A stretch of 64,000 nt of DNA from Spirochaetia bacterium (lineage in GTDB: Bacteria > Spirochaetota > Spirochaetia > SZUA-6 > Bin103), in assembly GCA_965208575.1 (NCBI GenBank), contig CBDBOV010000003.1, positions 160,001 to 224,000 on the forward strand. Reading direction: 5' to 3'. The number at the start of each line of letters is the position of its first letter. Positions within the stretch are counted from its first letter, which is position 1. The notes below the pieces were generated by a model. That model was not told the DNA's origin and ran no database searches. It was given only the letters and a program-made list of their open reading frames with translations. Positions 8,850-18,443 of the stretch are shown piece after piece. The position numbers and the translations under genes are program-made.

Positions 8850-10559
8850 ATGGCGAAAAGCAACGTCTTGAACACCAACACGATCAACTATCTCGACTTG
8901 ATCGGCAACGGGAAGCGCTATCGGGTGCCGCCGTACCAGCGCGACTACTCCTGGTCGGAGGAGCAGTGGGAGGATCTTTGGAACGATCTCATGGATCTCC
9001 GCTCGGCCCCGGATGAGCCTCACTATCTCGGAGCTCTTGTGGTCGAAGAGCAGAGTGACCGCGAGTTTCTGATCATCGACGGACAACAGCGGCTGGCCAC
9101 ACTCAGCGTCCTGGCCCTTGCGGTGATTGCACGGCTGGAGGCCATGGCCGATGAGGGCATCGAGTCAGATGCAAACCGTGAGCGAGCACGCGAACTGCGC
9201 AGTCGCTTCATCGGCGAAAAGGATCCTGCTTCCTTGACCGAGAGCAGCCGGCTCTATCTCAATGAGACCGACGACGCCATTTATCAGGACTACCTGGTAC
9301 AGAACAGGGAGCCACTGAACCCCAGGCGTCTGCCAAGGTCGAATCGTCTCTTGTGGCAGTGTTTTGTCGGCTATCGGCACCGTCTGGGCAGGCTGACGGA
9401 ATTGCGAAACGACGGCCGAGCCATCGCACGACTGCTGTCCGAAACCATGGCACGGCAGTTACTTTTCATTCTGATTACGGTCGACGACGAGCTGAACGCC
9501 TACACGGTGTTCGAGACGCTCAATGCGCGCGGTTTGGAGCTGACCACAGCCGACCTGCTCAAGAATTTCCTGTTCTCTCGTGTGCGCGTGCGCTCTGATC
9601 TGCAGGCACTTCAGCGCCGCTGGCAGGCGCTCATGGACACCGTTGAGCAGGAGCGTTTTCCCGAATTGCTCCGATACCATATGCTGTGCGAGTTGCCCAA
9701 GGTACGCAGCCAGCGGCTCTTCAAACTGGTCAGAGGCCGAGTCAAGACAGCCGACGACGTGTTCGCTCTGCTTGACGAATTGGAGCGTCGTGCGGAGTTG
9801 TTCGTGGCGGTCGGAGATCCTGGTCACGGATATTGGGTGGACCTACCGGACGCCAAACCCTACATTCGGGAACTCTCGCTGTTCCGCGTCCGGCAAATGA
9901 TGCCACTCCTGTTTACCGCGTGGGAGTGCTTTTCGCGAGATAATTTTGTCAGCGTACTGAGGATGGTCAGTGTCTTGTCATTCCGCTACACGGTAGTCAG
10001 CAGTCGCAACCCCAGCGCCTTGGAAGCCGCGTTCCACTACGCCGCGAAGCCTGTCCAGGCCGGTACGGTGACCACCCCCGCGGGGGTGTTCGAACGCCTG
10101 AAACCGATCTACGTGGACGACGCAAAGACCAGGCAGGATTTCGCCGGCCTGGAGGTGGGTACGAGCGGACGGAAGCGAAGACTGGCGAAGTACATCCTGG
10201 CCCGGATCGAGGCGGACGCGTCGGGTAGAGCCTGCGATCCCGATACCGACCCCGGGACTGTCGAGCACATCTTGCCGGAGAACCCGGCCGATGACTGGGA
10301 GGAGACGTTCGATCGGGCGCGTTGGGATACATCAGTGTACCGCCTTGGAAACCTCACTCTGCTTGAATCGGCAGCCAATCGGCGCATCGGAAATGCCGCG
10401 TACCGCGAAAAGGTGTCAGCGTACAGCGGGAGCACCTATGCCATCAGCCGGGACATCTCACAGATGGCTCCCGAAGAATGGACCCCCGAGCTGCTGGACG
10501 CGCGCCAGGGCCGGCTCGCCGCACGAGCGGTGCACCTGTGGCGGGCGGACTTCGCCTGA
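8850..10559 (+). CDS. DUF262-DUF1524 protein (fused GmrSD type IV restriction / SspE-like HNH nuclease)
   Basis: VPPYQRDYSW, IIDGQQRL, FETLNARG and HNH-type VEHILP...RLGNLTLL. Visibly lower GC than its flanks. Confidence 0.92.
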   Translation: MAKSNVLNTNTINYLDLIGNGKRYRVPPYQRDYSWSEEQWEDLWNDLMDLRSAPDEPHYLGALVVEEQSDREFLIIDGQQRLATLSVLALAVIARLEAMADEGIESDANRERARELRSRFIGEKDPASLTESSRLYLNETDDAIYQDYLVQNREPLNPRRLPRSNRLLWQCFVGYRHRLGRLTELRNDGRAIARLLSETMARQLLFILITVDDELNAYTVFETLNARGLELTTADLLKNFLFSRVRVRSDLQALQRRWQALMDTVEQERFPELLRYHMLCELPKVRSQRLFKLVRGRVKTADDVFALLDELERRAELFVAVGDPGHGYWVDLPDAKPYIRELSLFRVRQMMPLLFTAWECFSRDNFVSVLRMVSVLSFRYTVVSSRNPSALEAAFHYAAKPVQAGTVTTPAGVFERLKPIYVDDAKTRQDFAGLEVGTSGRKRRLAKYILARIEADASGRACDPDTDPGTVEHILPENPADDWEETFDRARWDTSVYRLGNLTLLESAANRRIGNAAYREKVSAYSGSTYAISRDISQMAPEEWTPELLDARQGRLAARAVHLWRADFA

Positions 10560-10609
10560 GCCGGCGGGGGTTGATCGGTAGCGCGTAAGTCTCTACGGTC
10601 GCACGCGAC

Positions 10610-11656
10610 ATGTTGAGGGTAGGGATCATCGGGCTCGGCGGCATCGCGCGTTCGCACGCGGCGGCGATCGCCGAGTTGGACAACGTCGAGATAACGGCGG
10701 TGGCGGACCTGTTTCCGGAGGTGCGGGAGCAGTTCATGAGCACCTGGGGGGTGGGCAAGGGCTACGCCACCCACACGGAGTTGCTCCGGGACGGCGACGT
10801 AGACGCGGTGGCGATCACCTTGGGCCACCAACTGCACCACCGCCTGACCGTGGACGCGTGCAACGCCGGCAAGCACGTGCTGGTGGAGAAGCCGATGGCG
10901 ATCAGCCTCGAGCAGTGCGACGCCATGATCGAGGCGGCGGACGCCAACCGCGTCAAGCTGATGGTGGGTCACACCCAGCACTTCTACGGCACCAGCCTCA
11001 AGGCCAAGGAGATTCTCGACTCCGGGCAGCTCGGGCCGCTGATGACGGTGGTGTGCTACATGTCCAAGAACTGGGGATTCGGCGGCCGCCGCCCGCAGTA
11101 CCGCAGCCGCTTCCACGGCGGCGGCATGTGGCTGGCCAACGGCGTGCACGTGGTCGACCGGCTGATGTGGCTGCTCGGCTCGCAGGCCGCGGCGGTGAGT
11201 GCGGTGGTCGGCACGCGCGCCCACTACCAGGCATCGGACGACACCGCCACCGCGCTGATCCGCACCAAGAACGGCCTCGCCGGCGTCGCCGTGTCGTGCG
11301 GCTACGCCAACGGCGGGCCTTCCTTCGAGAGCCACGTGATCGGCGCCAACGGCTCCCTCAAGTTCAGCCAGCACGGCGAGAAGTTCGTCCGTCTCGGTAC
11401 CGGCGAGCAGTGGGAGGATGTCGAGTTCGACGATCCGAAGGCGGAGTTCTACCACGAGTGGCATTCGTTCGCGAAGGCGGTCGAGCAGGACCTGGAGCCG
11501 CCCGCGGATGGCATGTGGGGGCGCCACGTGATGGAGATCCTGTTCGCCGCCGAGCAGTCCTCCATCACCGGGCGCGAGGTGGTGCTGGAGGGCGGCCACC
11601 ACTGGACCACGCAGCGCACCGGCACACCGGTCACCTACGACCACGGCTGGCACTGA
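10610..11656 (+). CDS. Gfo/Idh/MocA family oxidoreductase
   Basis: VGIIGLGGI, GKHVLVEKPM, GGGMW..NGVH. Confidence 0.92.
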   Translation: MLRVGIIGLGGIARSHAAAIAELDNVEITAVADLFPEVREQFMSTWGVGKGYATHTELLRDGDVDAVAITLGHQLHHRLTVDACNAGKHVLVEKPMAISLEQCDAMIEAADANRVKLMVGHTQHFYGTSLKAKEILDSGQLGPLMTVVCYMSKNWGFGGRRPQYRSRFHGGGMWLANGVHVVDRLMWLLGSQAAAVSAVVGTRAHYQASDDTATALIRTKNGLAGVAVSCGYANGGPSFESHVIGANGSLKFSQHGEKFVRLGTGEQWEDVEFDDPKAEFYHEWHSFAKAVEQDLEPPADGMWGRHVMEILFAAEQSSITGREVVLEGGHHWTTQRTGTPVTYDHGWH

Positions 11657-11743
11657 GCCGGCGCGGTCGATGCGCGGCATGACAACGATGAGACACGAAG
11701 CACGGGTATCCGCGGCCGGCCGGCGGCGGACCAGGAGGACGCC

Positions 11744-12700
11744 ATGACCTGCTGTGCGTTGGTCGGCTGCGGAGCCGCGGACCGCTACGCCGACGCCCTG
11801 CTGCGCCTCCCGGAGGTGTGCGTGGGCGCGGTAGTGGATGCCGATGCCGCCCGGCGCGGGGAGGCGGCGCGCCTGCTTGGGGCCGAATTGGAGGCCGCCG
11901 CACTGCCGGAACTGCTGGCCGAGCACCCCGCGTGCTGCTCCGCGGTGCTGCTCCACGGCGCCCCCGACACGCGGCTGGACGATGCCGCGGCCGCCGTCCG
12001 GCACGGCAAGCACGTACTCCTGGAACTGCCGCCGGCAGCGGCCGCCGGCCGACTGGCGGCGCTCGGCGACGAGTGCGCCGCCGCCGGCGTGTGCCTGATG
12101 ATCGGCGGCACGCTGCGCTTCCTGCCGTCGCAGCAGGTACTGAAGCAGCGCCTCGTCGCGGGCCAGCTTGGCGAGCTGGGGCTACTGCGCGTCCACCGCT
12201 GGTACGCGGGCGCCGACGGCGGCACCGGCTCGGGGCAGGACTGGCAGGCTCTCGCCACGCCCTACCTGGACCTGGCCAACTGGCTGTTCGGCGATCCCCC
12301 GGAGCGGGTGTTCGCGCGCACCGGCGGCCCCGACTACGCCCAGATTCACCTGGGTTTCGGCGCCGCCGGCATGGCGCTGATCGACGTCAGTGCCGGTTTG
12401 CCGCCGGGAGACGGCTACCGGGCGGTTTCAGTGATCGGTTCGGCCGGCGCCGGCTACGCGGACGACCACCACAACCGCGCACTGCTGTTCGGCGGCGGCG
12501 ATCCGGCCGCGCGCGATCCGGGTGAGGGCAACCACGACCTGGCCGGCGAGCTGGCCGACTTCGTCGCCGCCAGCGCGGAGCGCCGCGCGCCGGCCGTCAC
12601 CGCAGCCGACGGCTGCGCCGCGCTGCTGGTAGCGGCGGCCGCCGCGGCTTCGGCGGCGGGCGGCGCCGTACTGGAGCGCCGGGGGGATCGCTATGAGTGA
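11744..12700 (+). CDS. Divergent Gfo/Idh/MocA-fold protein
   Basis: ALVGCG and GKHVLLELP (EKP altered). Overlaps the next gene by 8 nt. Confidence 0.75.
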   Translation: MTCCALVGCGAADRYADALLRLPEVCVGAVVDADAARRGEAARLLGAELEAAALPELLAEHPACCSAVLLHGAPDTRLDDAAAAVRHGKHVLLELPPAAAAGRLAALGDECAAAGVCLMIGGTLRFLPSQQVLKQRLVAGQLGELGLLRVHRWYAGADGGTGSGQDWQALATPYLDLANWLFGDPPERVFARTGGPDYAQIHLGFGAAGMALIDVSAGLPPGDGYRAVSVIGSAGAGYADDHHNRALLFGGGDPAARDPGEGNHDLAGELADFVAASAERRAPAVTAADGCAALLVAAAAAASAAGGAVLERRGDRYE

Positions 12701-13793
12701 CGCCATCTACCGTTGCGCCGCGCTGAGCGCGGTCAAGCACGACTACCTGCCGCGCGCCGTGCACGCCCATCCCGCCTTCGAGGTGGTGGTGGTAGCCGAC
12801 GATCCGCAGGTGCCCGGCTGGGCACACGAGCGCAACGCGGAGTTCGCGGCCGAATTGGGCGTGCCGTACGTGCGTGACGTGGCCGCCGCGCTCGCCGACT
12901 ACGGCGTGCGGGTGGCGGTGGTGAGCAGCGAGGCGGAGCGGCACTGCGACCTGAGCGTGCGCGCCGCCGAGGCGGGCATGCACGTGGTGCAGGACAAGCC
13001 GATGTCCACCTCGCTGGCCGAGTGCGACCGGCTGGTAGCGGCGGTGCGGGAAGCGGGCGTGCGCTTCCTGTTGTGGAACCGCAACCTGTTGCCGGCGCTG
13101 GTGCAGGCGCAGCGGGAGTTGCAGCGCGGCGCCATCGGCGCGCTGCGCGCCATTCACGTCGACTTCTACTTCGCCAAGGACGCCGGGCCGCCGAAGGGCA
13201 GCCGCAAGGCCGGTTTCCCGCCGATCAACTGGCTGGCGCGGCAACTGGAGGCGCACGCCGACGGCTCCGACGGCGGCGTCGGCGAAGCGGCGATGGGCGA
13301 ATTGCAGATCGAAGGCATCTACCCGCTCGGCTACATCCACGCGTTGACCGGCAGCCGGGTGCGGCGCGTGTTCGCCCGCACCGCCGCCCACTTCCACCAG
13401 GCCAACGCCGACAACGACGTCGACGACCTGGCCACGGTGACGCTGGAGATGGACAGCGGCGTGCTCGGATCGCTGTGCATCGGGCGCATCGGTGCGGCGA
13501 GCCACCCCGACATCGGCGAGATCAAGCTGCACCTGATCGGCAGCAAGGGGGCGCTGGTGGTGACCGAGGCGCGCCCCGAGGTGGGCATCTACTACCGCGG
13601 CCAGCCGGCCACCGAGTACCCCCACGTGCGCATCGCCGACAGCAACAACTTCCTGCTCATGGAGCAGTTCAAGACGGCAATCGAAACCGGCGCCGACACG
13701 CTGCTCGACGCTCAGGCCGGCCGCGACATCGCCGCCACCGTCGCCGCGGCCATCGAGTCGGGCCGCACCGGCCAACCGGTCGCGGTGGCCTGA
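12693..13793 (+). CDS. Gfo/Idh/MocA family oxidoreductase
   Basis: GMHVVQDKPMSTSLAECD, GAIG, VDDLATV. Confidence 0.88.
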   Translation: MSDAIYRCAALSAVKHDYLPRAVHAHPAFEVVVVADDPQVPGWAHERNAEFAAELGVPYVRDVAAALADYGVRVAVVSSEAERHCDLSVRAAEAGMHVVQDKPMSTSLAECDRLVAAVREAGVRFLLWNRNLLPALVQAQRELQRGAIGALRAIHVDFYFAKDAGPPKGSRKAGFPPINWLARQLEAHADGSDGGVGEAAMGELQIEGIYPLGYIHALTGSRVRRVFARTAAHFHQANADNDVDDLATVTLEMDSGVLGSLCIGRIGAASHPDIGEIKLHLIGSKGALVVTEARPEVGIYYRGQPATEYPHVRIADSNNFLLMEQFKTAIETGADTLLDAQAGRDIAATVAAAIESGRTGQPVAVA

Positions 13794-14053
13794 CCGCAGC
13801 GGCGGCGCTAAGGGCCGCCACGCCGCCAGCGCGTGGCAACGGGCGCCCTGCAGCCTCGCCTGGCGGACGGCCGCGGAGTCGCAGCTCGCGGCCGGTCGTC
13901 GTGCTGCGCCGCTCTGCGCCGGTCACCCGGCGGTGGCGCGGCTGTGTTGCCGCGGATGCTTGGCCTGCTCCGCGGTGCGGTGGTCGGCAGGGCGCGCGGG
14001 ACAGCCGACGGTTGGCCGCGACCGGGTGCCGTAGCGCGTACCGGCAGGGGAGG

Positions 14054-14941
14054 TCAGCCGACCGGCAGGGTGCGTCCGGTGTGGGCGCGGCCGATGCGGG
14101 CGATCTGCTCCTGGCCGCCCGACACCACGCGGACGCCGCGGTCGATCTGAGCGGTCACGGTCTCCGGCGTGCACACCTCCAGGAACGCCACGCCGTTGAC
14201 GGCGCACGCGGCACGCACGCGTTCGGCGGCTTCGATCACCCGCGGGTCGTGCTGCCCCGGCACCCGCTCGACGCCGTACGACATGTGCAGGTCGCCGGGA
14301 CCGCACTCGGCAAAGCCGAGTCCCGGCACGGCCAGCATCTGCTCGATGTGGGCCACCCCGCGCACCGACTCGATCTTGATGCCCAGCAGCAGTTCGCCGT
14401 CCGGATTGAGCGGCCACGGGTCGCAGCGGGCGATGTACTGCTCGCCGTCGACGCCCCAGATCGGCGCCGCGGAGGAATCCGAACCGACGCCGCGGGTGCC
14501 GCGCTCCAGGCCGGCGCCGACGCCGATCATGTTGCGCGGGTAGCGGCACGACTCCACGAACGCGCGCACCGCGTCCGGCGTCTCCGCCTGGCACAGCAGG
14601 ATGCCGTGCACGCCGCGCGCCAGGATCTGCCGGAACTGCCAGGCGTTGTAGCGGACCACCGGCTCGCCGGTGCCGTCGACCGGCGCCTCCACGATGACCG
14701 CGGGCGTGCGGTGGCCGCTGGCCGTGGGTCCGCCGGCCGCCAGGCCTGCCATGTAGTGCGCCAGCCCGGCGAGGTCGAAGCAGCCGTGCTCCATGCCGAC
14801 GTTGATGTAGTCGGCCCAGGTACGCGCGTCGTGCACGCCCTGTTCGCGGGTCAGTACGGCACCGGTGTGGCCGCCGGTGTAGTAGATCGGCTGGCCGTCG
14901 GCCAGCAGTTCGATAGCCCGGTTGATACGATGGTCGTTCAT
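14054..14941 (-). CDS. HpcH/HpaI aldolase/citrate lyase family protein
   Basis: GMEHG, IKIES..G, GPGDL..S motifs. Confidence 0.88.
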   Translation of the reverse strand: MNDHRINRAIELLADGQPIYYTGGHTGAVLTREQGVHDARTWADYINVGMEHGCFDLAGLAHYMAGLAAGGPTASGHRTPAVIVEAPVDGTGEPVVRYNAWQFRQILARGVHGILLCQAETPDAVRAFVESCRYPRNMIGVGAGLERGTRGVGSDSSAAPIWGVDGEQYIARCDPWPLNPDGELLLGIKIESVRGVAHIEQMLAVPGLGFAECGPGDLHMSYGVERVPGQHDPRVIEAAERVRAACAVNGVAFLEVCTPETVTAQIDRGVRVVSGGQEQIARIGRAHTGRTLPVG

Positions 14942-14948
14942 GGCTCCG

Positions 14949-16061
14949 TTACGCCTCCGCGTCCATTTCCGCCAGGTCCACCCAGCCGCCGCGGCGCGCC
15001 GACAGCACCGCCGCCTCGGTGAACACCTGCGTGCGCCAGCCGTCGTGCAGGCCGGGATGGGCGCACTCCCGGCCGGTGGCGCGCTCGGCGAGGGCGGGCA
15101 GCACGAAGCGGGACCAGCGGTTGACCCGGTCCTCCGGGATGCTTTCCACGGTCACGTCGTCGTCCGAGCGCATCAGCGTGACGGTGTGGCGGACGCGGTC
15201 GACGGCGATCGACGCCTCGCTGCCGTGCAGCTCCAGCTCCGGCGCCAGGCCCTTGCGCAGCGCCGGGGCGTGTGACAGCAGCATCGCGCCCACCGCGCCG
15301 TTGTGGAACTCCCAGACGATCGCTCCGTAGTCGTACGCGGTGCCGGCGCGCGTGCGCGGAGCCGCCGAAGCGGGGTTCGCCGCACCCCACTCGAGCGCCT
15401 CGGTCAGGTCGATCGGCCCCAGGTCGGGCTTCGGCGGCGCCAGCACGCCGGCTTGCGCAACTACCCGCTTCGCCTCGCTGCCGATCAGCCAGCGCACCGT
15501 GTCGTAGGCGTGCGAGCCGACGTCGGCGATGCTGCCGGCGGTGGACAGGGCGGCGTCGTCGCGCCAGGTGAAGGGAATCGACGGCGGGCGCGGGTTGTGC
15601 CAGCGGTACACCACCACCTTCAGGTCGCCGACTGCGCCGCCGGAGAGCAACTCCTTGGCGTGGCGGAACTTGGGTTCGTAGCGGGTCCAGTAGGGCACGT
15701 AGTGCCCGAGTCGGCTGTCGCGGTACGCGCGCCAGATTTCGTACGCTTCGCCGACGTCGGCGCCGACCGGCTTGTCGCAGAACAGGTGCTTGCCCGCCGC
15801 CGCCGCGGCCAGGGCCGGTTCGCGGTGCAGGCGGTCGGGAGTCAGCACCACTACCAGGTCGACTTCCGGATGCTCCACCACCGCGCGCCAGTCGCCGGTG
15901 ATGAAGTCGCAACCGTCAAGGCGCGCCGCCGCCTGCAGCCGGTCGCGGCGCCGTGCGCACAGCGCGACGATGCGCGCGGCATCGGGCGCGCCGCGCATCT
16001 CGGCTCGGTACGGGGTCCCGATATAGCCGGTGGCCCCGATCACTCCTGCGTGAAACATCAT
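14949..16061 (-). CDS. Gfo/Idh/MocA family oxidoreductase
   Basis: GVIGATGYIG, GKHLFCDKP, GSIADVGSH. Confidence 0.9.
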   Translation of the reverse strand: MMFHAGVIGATGYIGTPYRAEMRGAPDAARIVALCARRRDRLQAAARLDGCDFITGDWRAVVEHPEVDLVVVLTPDRLHREPALAAAAAGKHLFCDKPVGADVGEAYEIWRAYRDSRLGHYVPYWTRYEPKFRHAKELLSGGAVGDLKVVVYRWHNPRPPSIPFTWRDDAALSTAGSIADVGSHAYDTVRWLIGSEAKRVVAQAGVLAPPKPDLGPIDLTEALEWGAANPASAAPRTRAGTAYDYGAIVWEFHNGAVGAMLLSHAPALRKGLAPELELHGSEASIAVDRVRHTVTLMRSDDDVTVESIPEDRVNRWSRFVLPALAERATGRECAHPGLHDGWRTQVFTEAAVLSARRGGWVDLAEMDAEA

Positions 16062-16124
16062 GTTGCGGCCCAATCCTTACCCGATACGCCTGCCCCCCGC
16101 CAGTACCCCGCCGCGGCCGGGTGC

Positions 16125-16426
16125 GCGCCGCCGGGAGCGTTGAAGGACATGCTCACCTGAACGGTACCACCGCGAGCGTACCCGGGCTGGATTCCCGGCG
16201 CCGCCGGGAGCGTTGAAGGACATGCTCACCTGAACGGTACCACCGCGAGCGTACCCGGGCGGGATTCCCGGCGCCGCCGGGAGCGTTGAAAGACATGCTC
16301 ACCTGAACGGTACCACCGCGAGCGTACCCGGGCTGGATTCCCGGCGCCGCGGGAGCGTTGAAGGACATGCTCGACTGAACGGTACCACCGCGAGCGTACC
16401 CGGCCCGGGATTCCCGGCGCCGCCGG
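16125..16426. repeat. Tandem array of 4 x 73 bp in a divergent intergenic region
   Basis: Unit gcgccgccgggagcgttgaaggacatgctcacctgaacggtaccaccgcgagcgtacccgggctggattcccg starts at 16125, 16198, 16271 and 16344, with a partial copy at 16417. Few substitutions and no spacers. Confidence 0.97.
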
Positions 16427-16443
16427 TCTGCTAAGATGGCGCC

Positions 16444-17475
16444 ATGCGCATAGCCGTTCTTTCGTACAGTCACCACGGCCGCGGCATTGCCGGCACGGTC
16501 AGGCAGTTGGGCCACGAAGTCGTCGCCGCCATGGATCCCGAACCTGGTCCGCGCGCCGCGCTCGAGATGGAGTTCGACTGTCCGGGTTTCGCCGCTGCGG
16601 CGAGCTGCCTGGACGCCGTGAAGCCGGACGCCGCGATCGTGTGCGGCAAGCACGTGGAGATACCGGGGCACGTTGCGGCGTGCGTGGAGCGCCGCGTGCC
16701 CTACCTGCTCGACAAGCCGTTCGCCGACTGCGCGGACCGCCTGCGTCCCGCGGCGCAGGCGACCATGGCGGCCGGCCTGCCGCATGCGCTCACGCTTCCC
16801 AACCGTGGCAGCCTGGTGGTGGAGAAGGTGGCGCAGATGGCGTCCGACGGCAGCCTCGGCGACCTGGTGCTGTACAGCAGCCGGCTCAACAACGGGCCGC
16901 CGACACGCTACGACCCCACCCCGTCGCACTGGCTCAACAAGCCGGCGGCCTCCGGCGGCGGGTCGTGGGTGGTGGAGTCGTCGCACGGCATCGACACCTT
17001 TCTGCAGTTCGCCGGCGACGGCCCGGTCACGGTGGTCGGCGGCGTGCTCGCCAACCTGATGCACCGCCGCGAGGTGGAGGACACCGCCGTGGGCATCGTG
17101 CGCACCGCCGCCGGGGTTACCGGCATCATCGAGTCGGGCTTCAACTACCCGTCGGGCACCCGTGCCGGCGACCACTTCTTCCGCTTCGTCGGCAGCAAGG
17201 CGTCGGTGTTCGAGCGCTACGGCGACCACGGCGAGCCGCTGATCGAGGTGCACACCAGCGCCGGCGTCGCCATCACGCCCGACATCGGCCACGGCGAGCG
17301 CATGCGGCGGGTCATCGAGTGGGGCCTGGAGGCGATCGCCGCCGGCCGCATCGGCGACCCGGACGTGATGCAGGCGGTACGCGTGCTGGAGGTGCAGGAC
17401 GCGGTGTACGCCCACCTGCGCGGCAACGCCGCGGCTGCCGGCCCCTATCCGCTCGGTGCTCCACCCGCACGCTGA
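16444..17475 (+). CDS. Gfo/Idh/MocA family oxidoreductase
   Basis: YLLDKPF, SGGGSW..ESSHGID, VEDTA. Confidence 0.88.
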   Translation: MRIAVLSYSHHGRGIAGTVRQLGHEVVAAMDPEPGPRAALEMEFDCPGFAAAASCLDAVKPDAAIVCGKHVEIPGHVAACVERRVPYLLDKPFADCADRLRPAAQATMAAGLPHALTLPNRGSLVVEKVAQMASDGSLGDLVLYSSRLNNGPPTRYDPTPSHWLNKPAASGGGSWVVESSHGIDTFLQFAGDGPVTVVGGVLANLMHRREVEDTAVGIVRTAAGVTGIIESGFNYPSGTRAGDHFFRFVGSKASVFERYGDHGEPLIEVHTSAGVAITPDIGHGERMRRVIEWGLEAIAAGRIGDPDVMQAVRVLEVQDAVYAHLRGNAAAAGPYPLGAPPAR

Positions 17476-18230
17476 GCGTTGGCCCGGATCGCGTCCCGGA
17501 CGAACACGGCCAACCCGCCGGCACGCTTCTCGAAGTACTCCTCGAAGCGTGGGTCGGCCGTGTACATCTCGGCGAGGTTCCGGTGCATCCCGTGGCTGCA
17601 CGGGTAGAACCAGCGGTCGATGTGGCAACGGTGCTCCTCCGCCAGATCCATCGCCGCGCTGCCCGCGGCCCGGGCGCCCTCCCTCATCAGGTCGGCCAGT
17701 GCGGCCACCACCGCCTCGCCCTCCGCCTTGATCCGGTCCCAGTCACCCCTGCCGTAGCCCCGCGTGCGCCGTAACGACTCCCGGTAGGCATCGGAGTCGC
17801 CCCAGCGCCGCTCGACTTCGTCCCGGTACTGCTCGTGGTCGAACTCTTCCAGCCCCTCGAACATCTCCGTCCTGTCCATTTCCGTCTCCTCTTGCATTGC
17901 CCGCAGGGCCCGGTCGACCCCCCGAATGATGCGTTCCGTTCGTTCCTGCCGATCCCTGAGCAAGTCGCGCTGCGCCTCCAGCGCGTTGCGCCGGCCGTGG
18001 GTCGGAGCGGCGAGCATCCGGCCGATCGCATCCAGGCTGAAACGCAGCTCGCGCAACAGCCGGATCTCGCGCAGTCGTTCGAGGTCGCCGTACGCGTACA
18101 GCCGATAGCCGCCCTGCGACCGCCCCGACGGGACGAGCAAGCCGATCCGGTCGTAGTGGTGCAGGGTGCGCACGGTCACGCCGGCCAGCGCGGCTACCTC
18201 GCCTACCGTGTGTAGTCGCTCGGTCCCCAT
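17445..18230 (-). CDS. tipA: MerR-family regulator with TipAS antibiotic-binding domain
   Basis: TVGEVAALAGVTVRTLHHYDRIGLL HTH. C-terminal EVERRWG...LAEMYTADPRF. Confidence 0.93.
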   Translation of the reverse strand: MGTERLHTVGEVAALAGVTVRTLHHYDRIGLLVPSGRSQGGYRLYAYGDLERLREIRLLRELRFSLDAIGRMLAAPTHGRRNALEAQRDLLRDRQERTERIIRGVDRALRAMQEETEMDRTEMFEGLEEFDHEQYRDEVERRWGDSDAYRESLRRTRGYGRGDWDRIKAEGEAVVAALADLMREGARAAGSAAMDLAEEHRCHIDRWFYPCSHGMHRNLAEMYTADPRFEEYFEKRAGGLAVFVRDAIRANAQRAGGAPSG

Positions 18231-18237
18231 GAGGAGC

Positions 18238-18268
18238 AAGGTAGACCCTCACGTAACGTCAGGGTCAA
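18238..18268 (-). promoter_or_regulatory. MerR/TipA-type promoter with dyad operator
   Basis: Minus strand TTGACC-19 bp-TACCTT, with dyad GACCCTGACGT-T-ACGTGAGGGTC (18244-18266). ATG lies 7 nt after the -10. Confidence 0.9.
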
Positions 18269-18279
18269 AGGAAAGTTTT

Positions 18280-18443
18280 CGGCACGCCGTCGGCACGCCG
18301 AGTCCCCGTCCGACTCAGCGGCGATGACGCCGTAGCCGTCATCGTAAGGCGCGTCAGCGCCAACGACGCTGATGCGAAGGAGGGCATCGAGATGCTGATG
18401 CGAAGCATCAGCTAAAGACGCTGACGCATTCGCGTCAGCGTCT
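18280..18443. repeat. Cluster of consecutive hairpins (REP/MITE-like element or structured RNA)
   Basis: gagtc/gactc, cgatgacg/cgtcatcg, gcgtcagcg/cgctgatgc, gctgatgc/gcatcagc and agacgctgacgc/gcgtcagcgtct. Confidence 0.8.

Noticed and set aside
16125-16426. CRISPR array
   Set aside because: Units are contiguous 73-bp copies with no unique spacers, and no cas genes are in the window.
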